Assembly (NCBI GenBank): GCA_963666275.2 | Contig: CAXXOA010000001.1 | Location: 1,536,001 to 1,600,000, forward strand | Direction: 5' to 3' | Source of the DNA: Oceanispirochaeta sp. | GTDB lineage: Bacteria > Spirochaetota > Spirochaetia > DSM-2461 | Length of the DNA stretch: 64,000 nt | Part shown: positions 9,381 to 16,276 of the stretch, piece by piece | Layout: every line of letters begins with the position of its first letter | How positions within the stretch are numbered: the stretch's first letter is position 1 | Notes under the pieces: generated by a model | Database searches by the model: none | Told to the model about the DNA's origin: nothing | Seen by the model: only the letters and a program-made list of their open reading frames with translations | Translations under genes and position numbers: made by a program

Positions 9381-10637
9381 CTAGCGGGAGGCAAAGTCCA
9401 GCAGATAACCGGCAGAGAGAGTCAGGAAGGGAGCATTGTTCCCGAACATGGTCTGCCTGTATTCCAGTTCGATAAATCCCTTCATCAGGAGAAGCCCCAG
9501 GGATGAACCCAGATGAAAGCCGTAATCCGGTTCGGTTTCTATTTGCGATCCCATATAGGACATGTAGGTAAATCCCGGACCGATATTCCAGTATATATAT
9601 TTCCGGGGTTTTATGACATTGAACTTGAAAGTATTATTCAGGATCAGTATGGTCATATCCTCTTCATAAACCAGATCTTCGCTGTGGGGCGTCAGGTATC
9701 CGAAAGAAATATCTGAATCGACTGTCAGCCGGGGCAGCATATACATTGTTTTCAGGCCCATCAGGGATATATCAATACCATCCAGATCCTCTTCATCTTC
9801 CCTGTAGTTTTTGACCCCTGCCGTACCGCCCAGGGCCAGATATTTTATACCCGGTTCCTCTTCCTGTATCTGAGGTGATGCCGGAATGGGACCGGTGATA
9901 GGATAGTCTTTCATCCCTTCCGGTTTTTTTACCCATTGGATCTCCTTTTTCTCTTCCTGAATAACCGGTTCGGGCAGGGAAAAGAGCAGCACTTTCTCTT
10001 CGTCTTTCCCTATCTGTACAGTTTCATCATAGGCATACCGGGTTTCCCCGTCCTGAACATAGGATATTTTCAAATTGTAGGAACCGGCCATAATATTTTT
10101 GAGGGATTCCATATTCGTTCCCAGCTCTCTGCCATTGATTATGACCCTGTAATCGGCGGCAAAGCCGGAGTTGGTAAAGACAAGGGAACCGAAATCCACC
10201 TGGGAACCATGGATGGATGAGAGAATATCGATGATCATGGCATCGGTTATATCAAAAGAACTGAGTATATTATCGATCACCTGGGAATCCTGGTAGATAA
10301 CCTTGTCTATACGGCTGTCATAAACACCGAAGTTCAGTGAGAGAAGGCTTTCGGGTGTTAAATCTTCCCATCCATATATAAGGTAGTCTGTTTCAATTAA
10401 ACTGGAAAAGTTTTTAAGATTCTCCTGATCCTTGTAGATCCTGACAGATGGGATAGCCAGCAGGTTCATGTCACTCTGAATGGACACATTCATGGTAATG
10501 GCTTCCTGGGAGTTCTGAATGATCGGACTGTACTGGATGTTCCCTGTATTATTTTCAAAATCCAGAATGGTGACCGATTCAGAGCTCAAGAAAAAAAAGC
10601 CCTGAATGGCCAATAAAAGGGTGAGTAATTTTTTCAT
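9381..10637 (-). CDS. Exported hypothetical protein; TolB-N/CsgG-like N-domain, PEGA-like middle, probable C-terminal beta-barrel
   Basis: Signal peptide; VTILDFENNTG; YRVIINGRELGT..AGSYNLKI; alternating aromatic beta-strands at the C-terminus. Confidence 0.6.
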   Translation of the reverse strand: MKKLLTLLLAIQGFFFLSSESVTILDFENNTGNIQYSPIIQNSQEAITMNVSIQSDMNLLAIPSVRIYKDQENLKNFSSLIETDYLIYGWEDLTPESLLSLNFGVYDSRIDKVIYQDSQVIDNILSSFDITDAMIIDILSSIHGSQVDFGSLVFTNSGFAADYRVIINGRELGTNMESLKNIMAGSYNLKISYVQDGETRYAYDETVQIGKDEEKVLLFSLPEPVIQEEKKEIQWVKKPEGMKDYPITGPIPASPQIQEEEPGIKYLALGGTAGVKNYREDEEDLDGIDISLMGLKTMYMLPRLTVDSDISFGYLTPHSEDLVYEEDMTILILNNTFKFNVIKPRKYIYWNIGPGFTYMSYMGSQIETEPDYGFHLGSSLGLLLMKGFIELEYRQTMFGNNAPFLTLSAGYLLDFASR

Positions 10638-10799
10638 ACGTATCCTGTTGTTTGTTATTTCATATAATTAAACAATTTTTCCTGATCGGGGGTCAATCTA
10701 TTCTGCCTTTAAATATGATCCAGGGGAGCGGAAATAGATCTAGAGGAAAAAAAGGATTTTCATCCTCTGATGATCTCTTTCTTTTGAAATTATATAAAT

Positions 10800-10840
10800 A
10801 AAAAAGAGAATCACAGCAGGCTGCAATTCTCTTTTTTTTT
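10800..10840 (-). terminator. Intrinsic terminator following the distal tmRNA 3' copy
   Basis: AAAAAAGAGAAT ... ATTCTCTTTTTT inverted repeat directly abutting the repeat at 10841. Confidence 0.7.
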
Positions 10841-10858
10841 GTTGGAGGTGGTGGGAAT
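10841..10858 (-). repeat. Distal copy of the tmRNA 3' end (att-like)
   Basis: GTTGGAGGTGGTGGGAAT matches 12509-12526 at 17 of 18 positions. Confidence 0.85.
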
Positions 10859-11037
10859 ATTATATCGACTATATAGACTGAAACTGTTCAAATCGTAGGA
10901 AATGACCCTAAATCTCGACTAAAAAGACAAGTTCTTTAAAGTAGAGTATATACTTTTTGTATACTGGTTCTCTGGCTGAGATCTTTTACTTATACATAAC
11001 TAGGGATCTAGACTATTTAAGGAAATATAGGTAATTA

Positions 11038-11082
11038 TTGATATATTGTGTCAAATGGATGTATAATATAGTTCAGATGACA
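11038..11082 (+). promoter_or_regulatory. TA promoter with probable autoregulatory inverted repeat
   Basis: TTGATA (11038-43), 18 nt, TATAAT (11062-67); TGTCA (11049-53) and TGACA (11078-82) flank the -10; AGGAGG RBS. Confidence 0.6.
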
Positions 11083-11093
11083 TAGGAGGTTTT

Positions 11094-11723
11094 ATGTCAG
11101 TAAAAAAAGAAATGAAGATTCCTTTGAATGAAAAAGTTATAGCTCCTGGGAAAGCTCGGAAAGCTATCATGGAACCCAATATACATAAAAAAACTTCTGA
11201 AACAAATGCTGTTCCAGTAAAAAGAGGTACAGTGACCCTTTCTCCTGGAATGGGTACAGTTATAAAAAAGCATGAGACTTCTCAGTCTCGAATTACGAAC
11301 CTTCTAGGTGTAACGCTTAATGGAAGAGATTATATGAAGGATGGGGATACCTCTTTTATTTTAGAGAAGATTTCTGAAAAATCTCTTCCTGTTAAATCAA
11401 TAAAAATCCTTCAAAGTGAGATTTCTCTTTCTAATGCTTCTTTCGCTCAGGTTATTGGAGTCAGTCCAAGTTCTCTTGCTCGATACAAAGGTTCTAAAAA
11501 TAAGGCACTTCCCCAAAAAGTCTCTGAACCTTTGGTAAAGCTTGCTGAAGTAACTGCTAAGGGGGAGGAGGTATTCGGTTCTGCTGCGAAATTTTCGAAA
11601 TGGTTTGAACGACCAAATTCTCAATTAGAAGGAAAAACCCCTAAGGATTTACTATCGACGCATTATGGACATAATCGAATAATGTCTCTATTGGGACGTT
11701 ATGAGTGGGGACTTTTTTCATAA
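11094..11723 (+). CDS. Type II antitoxin, Xre/MbcA/ParS family (HTH plus DUF2384-like)
   Basis: FAQVIGVSPSSLARY HTH; EVFGS..FSKWFERPNSQLEGKTPKDLL..G...LLGRYEWG C-terminal domain. Confidence 0.9.
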   Translation: MSVKKEMKIPLNEKVIAPGKARKAIMEPNIHKKTSETNAVPVKRGTVTLSPGMGTVIKKHETSQSRITNLLGVTLNGRDYMKDGDTSFILEKISEKSLPVKSIKILQSEISLSNASFAQVIGVSPSSLARYKGSKNKALPQKVSEPLVKLAEVTAKGEEVFGSAAKFSKWFERPNSQLEGKTPKDLLSTHYGHNRIMSLLGRYEWGLFS

Positions 11724-12154
11724 TGTTTGTCTATCGCCTGACTTCTGATAAACACGCTGATGATTTAACTGGACAAGGAGCATGGTTACATGGTAGCCGC
11801 TGGAACTCTCCAGGAATTCGTATGTTATATACAGGAACTACTTTATCTCTTTGCACTTGTGAAGTTCTAGTACATCTCGATAAAGATCTAATTCCTGACA
11901 ACTTCGTAGTTGTTACGATTGAAATCCCGGATTATGAAACATATCCTATTTCTGAAATACCCCCTTCTGATCCACAGACAGCTTTGTATGGTGATGAGTG
12001 GATAAAAGGAGGATCTTCTCTTATCCTATACGTGAAGTCGATTGTAATTCCTTCTGAGTATAATATACTGATCAATCCAAGTCATTCAGAGATGAATTTA
12101 GTAAAAATTACTGACATTTCACCATATAATTTTGATGATCGTTTTTTTTCTTAG
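11723..12154 (+). CDS. RES-domain toxin (MbcT/ParT-like NAD+-consuming enzyme)
   Basis: TAATG coupling to the antitoxin; VYRL, GQGA..GSRWNSPG..LY, CEVLVH, KSIV, NILINPSH. Confidence 0.9.
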   Translation: MFVYRLTSDKHADDLTGQGAWLHGSRWNSPGIRMLYTGTTLSLCTCEVLVHLDKDLIPDNFVVVTIEIPDYETYPISEIPPSDPQTALYGDEWIKGGSSLILYVKSIVIPSEYNILINPSHSEMNLVKITDISPYNFDDRFFS

Positions 12155-12241
12155 CTAATAAGATAGAGATTCATTTCTCATTGTGTTATTTGGTGGTATG
12201 GAAATCCCCCACTTTAGTTCTACCCACTTTGTAACTCCAAT

Positions 12242-12260
12242 TGGCTACATTCTGGCTACA
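12242..12260. repeat. TGGCTACA direct repeat, possible integrase arm-type sites
   Basis: TGGCTACA at 12242-49 and 12253-60, about 70 nt from the att-like core. Confidence 0.45.
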
Positions 12261-12277
12261 AAATAGTATATTATGAA

Positions 12278-12328
12278 AAAACGCCTTTTTTAAAATCTTA
12301 TTGTATATGAAGTTAAAAAAGACGTTTT
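12278..12328 (-). terminator. Hairpin following the middle tmRNA 3' copy
   Basis: AAAACGCCTTTTTTAA / TTAAAAAAGACGTTTT inverted repeat, one mismatch. Confidence 0.6.
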
Positions 12329-12329
12329 A

Positions 12330-12348
12330 GTTGGAGGTGGCGGGAATC
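12330..12348 (-). repeat. Middle copy of the tmRNA 3' end (att-like)
   Basis: GTTGGAGGTGGCGGGAATC identical (19/19) to 12509-12527. Confidence 0.92.
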
Positions 12349-12462
12349 CCTTCCGGTCGTAGGCGTCCTGCCTCCTTCCTGCAGGCCGGCTCTGTTCGTT
12401 AAATCCGCATCCCTGCGGATTTGCGCTGCGTGACTCGCGCCACTCTCTCCGCTTCGATTCCC
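12342..12462. repeat. GC-rich palindromic non-coding unit downstream of tmRNA
   Basis: Closed by GGGAATC...GATTCCC; internal hairpins AGGC-gtcct-GCCT and AAATCCGCA-tccc-TGCGGATTT. Confidence 0.7.
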
Positions 12463-12477
12463 ATATTATTTATAAAT

Positions 12478-12506
12478 AAAAAAGCTCCCCTTGCGGAGAA
12501 CTTTTC
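12478..12506 (-). terminator. Intrinsic terminator of ssrA
   Basis: Minus strand AAAAGTTCTCC-GCAA-GGGGAGCTTTTTT (GNRA loop, U tract). Confidence 0.8.
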
Positions 12507-12510
12507 TGGT

Positions 12511-12888
12511 TGGAGGTGGCGGGAATCGAACCCGCGTCCTATTGGGCGTTGCATGAACGTCTACAAGTTTAGTCTTTTATTGAAGTTTCGAAAGGTACGA
12601 GGAGAAAAGACAATCCGTCACCGATCTACTTCCGGTTTAATGTTCCCTCTCAGTCCCGGATTAAAAAGAAGGTAAGTCCTGGTTTCTGGCGGATATCCGC
12701 ACCCTCAGAACGGCGTGTGCGGTATCCGTCGCGGCATTAATTAAGCTGCGATTGCAAGTGCGGAGTTACCGAAATCAACGATAACTTCATCTTCGTTTTT
12801 GGCACTTATCAAAAAGACAGTTTAAGGAGTTAACGCTCCACCTGCAGTCCACACCACGGACTCCAACAGTCGAAACCTTTACACCCCC
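12511..12888 (-). ncRNA. ssrA: tmRNA
   Basis: 5' GGGGGTGTAAAGGTTTCGAC; 3' GACGCGGGTTCGATTCCCGCCACCTCCA; acceptor stem with G3:U alanine determinant; internal tag frame; smpB nearby on the same strand. Confidence 0.97.
12741..12803 (-). other. tmRNA tag reading frame (A)AKNEDEVIVDFGNSALAIAA*
   Basis: ATAAGT then GCC resume codon; peptide ends in ..IAA, then TAA. Confidence 0.88.
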
Positions 12889-12908
12889 GTTTACGGAGTG
12901 TGACAGGA

Positions 12909-12937
12909 ATAATAAATTGATTACAGATCCTCGTCAA
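12909..12937 (-). promoter_or_regulatory. sigma70-type promoter of ssrA
   Basis: TTGACG, 17 nt, TATTAT on the minus strand, 20 nt before the mature 5' end. Confidence 0.75.
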
Positions 12938-13050
12938 TGCTGAAAGTTCAGAAAAAAAACAGAAAAAATTATAATATCCCTTAAAATATCTCTATTTGAT
13001 TCTTATGAAATGAGTGTATAATTGCATTTCATTAAAAATACAGGTTAAAT

Positions 13051-14934
13051 ATGCAAGTTAAAAAGTTATCTAATATTCTGGAAAAGCAGGAAATTCAGTC
13101 TCTACAGGATAAATTCTCTCAGATTACCGGTGTCTCTTCCGTAATAACGGATCTTGACGGCACCCCCTTTACAGACTTTTCCCGGATATGTTCCCTATGC
13201 CATTCCATACGATCTACTGAAAAAGGCAGGGAAGACTGTCTTAAAATTAATTTGAAATACAACTCCGATGATGTGGATGACATCTCCCTTCATCGCTGTC
13301 CTCATACAGATCTCTGGGAAACCGGTGTAAAAATCCGTGTGGGCGGACAGCATGTGGGGAACTGGATCATAGGGCAGGTGCGTCAGGATAACTTTCAGAC
13401 CTCTGTGGTCAGATCCTATGGAGAACTTCTGGGGCTGGATCCTTCCGGAATCGAGGGAGCCATAGAAGAGATCCCTGTAATGCAGGAGACAGAATTCAAT
13501 ATGATCCTGGAAATCCTCCATCTTTTTTCCAATCAGCTCTCCTCTCTGGCCTACAGGAAAGCCCTTCTGAAAAAAGAGATCTCCGAAAAAAATGCCATTT
13601 CCAGGCAATTGAACTTTCTGAATTTTCATGATCCCGAGACAGGGCTGATCAACAGGGAGCTCTGCGAGGAGAGGATTCGCCATCTGATACAGGTGGGATT
13701 GAGGACCCGGCGGAATGATTTTTCCCTTGTTATGCTTTCTGTGGGCGGTATCAAGCATCACAGGGAACTCTACGGTACGGAAGGTGTCAAAACTATTGTC
13801 AGGATTCTGGCAGGGACTCTCAAGCACTCAGTTAGAAATGAAGACACGGTCTGCCGTTTCTCCTCGGACGAATTCCTTCTGGTTCTGGAAAATCATGAAG
13901 GAAGTCAGAATCCGCCTGAAGTTGTGTTCAGCAGGATCAATGACGCTCTGAAATCTGGTGTGTTCCTGGACGGTGAAAAAATTAAATTACAGGTTTTCGG
14001 GGGAAAAGTAGACTGGAAACCGGATGATTCCATCGGTACGACACATCTTATCCGGAAATGTTATGCCGCTTTGCAGGAATCGATGAAAAGGAACTCCCGG
14101 GAGCTCTATACGTATACGGATGATATGTACAAAACCGTGATGTTTGAATATGAGCTGGAGAGAAGCTTTGAAAAGGCCATAGAGTCGGAGCAGATTGTTC
14201 CCTATTTTCAGCCCATCGTACGCATTGATGAGGAAGGAAATTCACATGTCTACGGTTATGAAGTCCTGGCCCGGTGGGATCATCCCCGGTACGGGATCCT
14301 AATGCCCGGCCTGTTCATTCCCCTGGCGGAGCAGCACAATATGCTTCGGGAGCTTACCGAATATATTATGAGACAGGGCGCCCGATTTATAAAAGAAGTG
14401 AACGAAGGGCATGATGGAACAGATCTGTTTATTTCCATCAACATCACCCCCGATGAGTTTGTCAGACCCGATCTTATGGATATGATTAAAGAACTTCTAC
14501 AGGAGGAAGATATTCCCGGCAGATGGATCAAACTGGAAATTACAGAGAATTCCATCCTCAAAGGGGGGGAGGATTCGATTGCCAAAATCAGAGAGCTGAA
14601 CCGGATGGGGATTAAACTCTCCATGGATGATTTCGGGACAGGATACTCCAATCTCTCACTCCTCTGCCGTCTGCCTCTGAACAATATCAAACTGGACAAG
14701 TCCCTGATTCTTCTGGCGGAAGAGAATGAAAACTTTATACAGGCTATTATACGAATGGCGGACAGTCTGGATCTTGAGATTATTGCAGAAGGGGTGGAAA
14801 AGCAGTCACAGATAGATATTCTGAAAAAAATGGGCTGTTATCTCCACCAGGGCTTCTTCTATTCTCTGCCCCAGGATGCCCGGACGATTAAAGAAGCGGG
14901 CATCCTGATTCCCCGGGGAGAAGTTCTCGCCTAG
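13051..14934 (+). CDS. PocR sensor-GGDEF(degenerate)-EAL protein, probable c-di-GMP phosphodiesterase
   Basis: PocR Cys pattern (CSLC..C..C..HVGNWIIGQV); SSDEF in place of GGDEF; YEVLARW, ISIN, LEITE, DDFGTGYS, IKLDKS, AEGVE, QGF. Confidence 0.9.
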   Translation: MQVKKLSNILEKQEIQSLQDKFSQITGVSSVITDLDGTPFTDFSRICSLCHSIRSTEKGREDCLKINLKYNSDDVDDISLHRCPHTDLWETGVKIRVGGQHVGNWIIGQVRQDNFQTSVVRSYGELLGLDPSGIEGAIEEIPVMQETEFNMILEILHLFSNQLSSLAYRKALLKKEISEKNAISRQLNFLNFHDPETGLINRELCEERIRHLIQVGLRTRRNDFSLVMLSVGGIKHHRELYGTEGVKTIVRILAGTLKHSVRNEDTVCRFSSDEFLLVLENHEGSQNPPEVVFSRINDALKSGVFLDGEKIKLQVFGGKVDWKPDDSIGTTHLIRKCYAALQESMKRNSRELYTYTDDMYKTVMFEYELERSFEKAIESEQIVPYFQPIVRIDEEGNSHVYGYEVLARWDHPRYGILMPGLFIPLAEQHNMLRELTEYIMRQGARFIKEVNEGHDGTDLFISINITPDEFVRPDLMDMIKELLQEEDIPGRWIKLEITENSILKGGEDSIAKIRELNRMGIKLSMDDFGTGYSNLSLLCRLPLNNIKLDKSLILLAEENENFIQAIIRMADSLDLEIIAEGVEKQSQIDILKKMGCYLHQGFFYSLPQDARTIKEAGILIPRGEVLA

Positions 14935-15401
14935 AAATTCATCTTAAAATTTCTTTCCGCATCCCTCTGCTGATCCTTGGCCTTGATGGTTTCCCGTTTG
15001 TCGTACTGTTTCTTTCCTTTACAGACGCCCACTTCCACTTTGACTTTGCCTTTCACAAGGTAGAATTTCAGAGGGATCAGGGTGAAACCTTTTTCAGAAA
15101 CTTTTCTTTCCAGTTTCTTTATTTCCTGTTTATGGGCCAGAAGTTTTCTGACCCTGTCGGGATCGTGGTTATGGATATTGCCGAAATCGTAGGGTGTAAC
15201 ATGCAGATTCCGGATAAAAAGTTCATGGTTCCGTATCTCAACAAAGGAATCAGGAAAGGAGAATTTCGACGCTTTGAAGGACTTTACTTCCGTACCTTTC
15301 AGGGCAATTCCGCATTCCAGAGATTCTGAGACTGTATAGTTGTATCGGGCTTTTCTGTTTTCTCCCAGCACATTGGAGGGAGTCTTTTTCTTCTTGGCCA
15401 T
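14931..15401 (-). CDS. smpB: SsrA-binding protein
   Basis: NRKARYNY, GIALKGTEVKS, RKLLAHKQEI, GKKQYDKRETIK. Confidence 0.98.
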   Translation of the reverse strand: MAKKKKTPSNVLGENRKARYNYTVSESLECGIALKGTEVKSFKASKFSFPDSFVEIRNHELFIRNLHVTPYDFGNIHNHDPDRVRKLLAHKQEIKKLERKVSEKGFTLIPLKFYLVKGKVKVEVGVCKGKKQYDKRETIKAKDQQRDAERNFKMNF

Positions 15402-15409
15402 AGAGGAGG

Positions 15410-15438
15410 ATTATAGAAGAAAAGTTCCTATATGACAA
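15410..15438 (-). promoter_or_regulatory. sigma70-type promoter of smpB, probably leaderless
   Basis: TTGTCA, 17 nt, TATAAT, then 8 nt to ATG with no SD. Confidence 0.7.
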
Positions 15439-15528
15439 TTCTCAGAGTGAGTAAGTTAAAAATAATGGCAGGGGTCTTGAACAGACAGCATTTTCGGGAC
15501 ATCTTTAACTGAAGGAGCAGGATTCATC

Positions 15529-16266
15529 ATGTACAGTTCTAAAAGGGTCAGATCCTACAGGGAAAAGAAAGAAGTCACCGGAAGGCGGGTCAGAAGAATC
15601 GTTCTGGTTCTGCTGCTTTTTACTCTGTATCAGTTCTTTACCATATATGTCTCCACCCCTTTGAAGATAACCTCCCGCTCCATGGAGCCCGCACTGAGTC
15701 CTTCTGACAGGATCCTTTTTTCACGGGTTTCTCTTGAAGCTCAGACAATGTTTGATCAGTTTTCCTTCTGGGGCCTCGAAAGGGGAGATCTTGTTGTCAT
15801 GCATCCCCCCTTTTACAGGGAAAATCTGGGACTTATCGACTTTATCAATCCTGTGATCCGGTTTTTCACATTTCAGAAAATTCAGTTCAGTTCCTATAAC
15901 CGGCCTGACTGGGAGGACGGCTATATGATTAAACGGATCATCGGGCTTCCCGGTGATACAGTGAGGGTTGAAAATTTCAGAGTCTATATCACTCCGGCCG
16001 GGAGCAGTGTGGAAACTTTTGAAGAAACTCTGGCTCAGACGGAGTATACTCCCCTTATGCCTGAAACACCCCCGGGATGGAGAGAGGGGTATCCATTTGA
16101 CGGATATCAGGAACCTGTTGTTCTGGGGGAGGATGAGTTTTTCCTGCTCAGCGACAGCAGAGGGAAAGGGAACGACAGTCTCTACTGGGGACCTGTGAAA
16201 GAAACGTCCATCCTGGGAAAAGTCCTGTTCCGCTATTTCCCTTTTAAAAAAATGTCCCTTTTATAG
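15529..16266 (+). CDS. lepB: Signal peptidase I
   Basis: TM helix; SRSMEP (Ser); MIKRIIGLPGD (Lys); SDSR..NDSLYWG. Confidence 0.9.
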   Translation: MYSSKRVRSYREKKEVTGRRVRRIVLVLLLFTLYQFFTIYVSTPLKITSRSMEPALSPSDRILFSRVSLEAQTMFDQFSFWGLERGDLVVMHPPFYRENLGLIDFINPVIRFFTFQKIQFSSYNRPDWEDGYMIKRIIGLPGDTVRVENFRVYITPAGSSVETFEETLAQTEYTPLMPETPPGWREGYPFDGYQEPVVLGEDEFFLLSDSRGKGNDSLYWGPVKETSILGKVLFRYFPFKKMSLL

Positions 16267-16276
16267 GAGGCTTTCC

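Larger units (their letters stand above)
10841..12348. mobile_element. Integrase-less genomic islet at ssrA carrying an Xre/RES toxin-antitoxin pair
   Basis: Bounded by direct repeats of the tmRNA 3' end; visibly more AT-rich, with more A/T-ending codons than flanking genes; no recombinase ORF inside. Confidence 0.75.

Noticed and set aside
10859..11037. Possible integrase remnant inside the islet
   Set aside because: No ORF or R-H-R-Y motif fragment recognised by eye; tBLASTn would be needed to exclude it fully
12330..12462. Possible tRNA gene
   Set aside because: Only the 3' acceptor strand and partial T-arm are present; no matching 5' strand, D-arm or anticodon arm
12421..12675. 84-aa ORF containing WRWRESNPRP
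   Set aside because: Antisense translation of the tmRNA 3' end, a common spurious ORF
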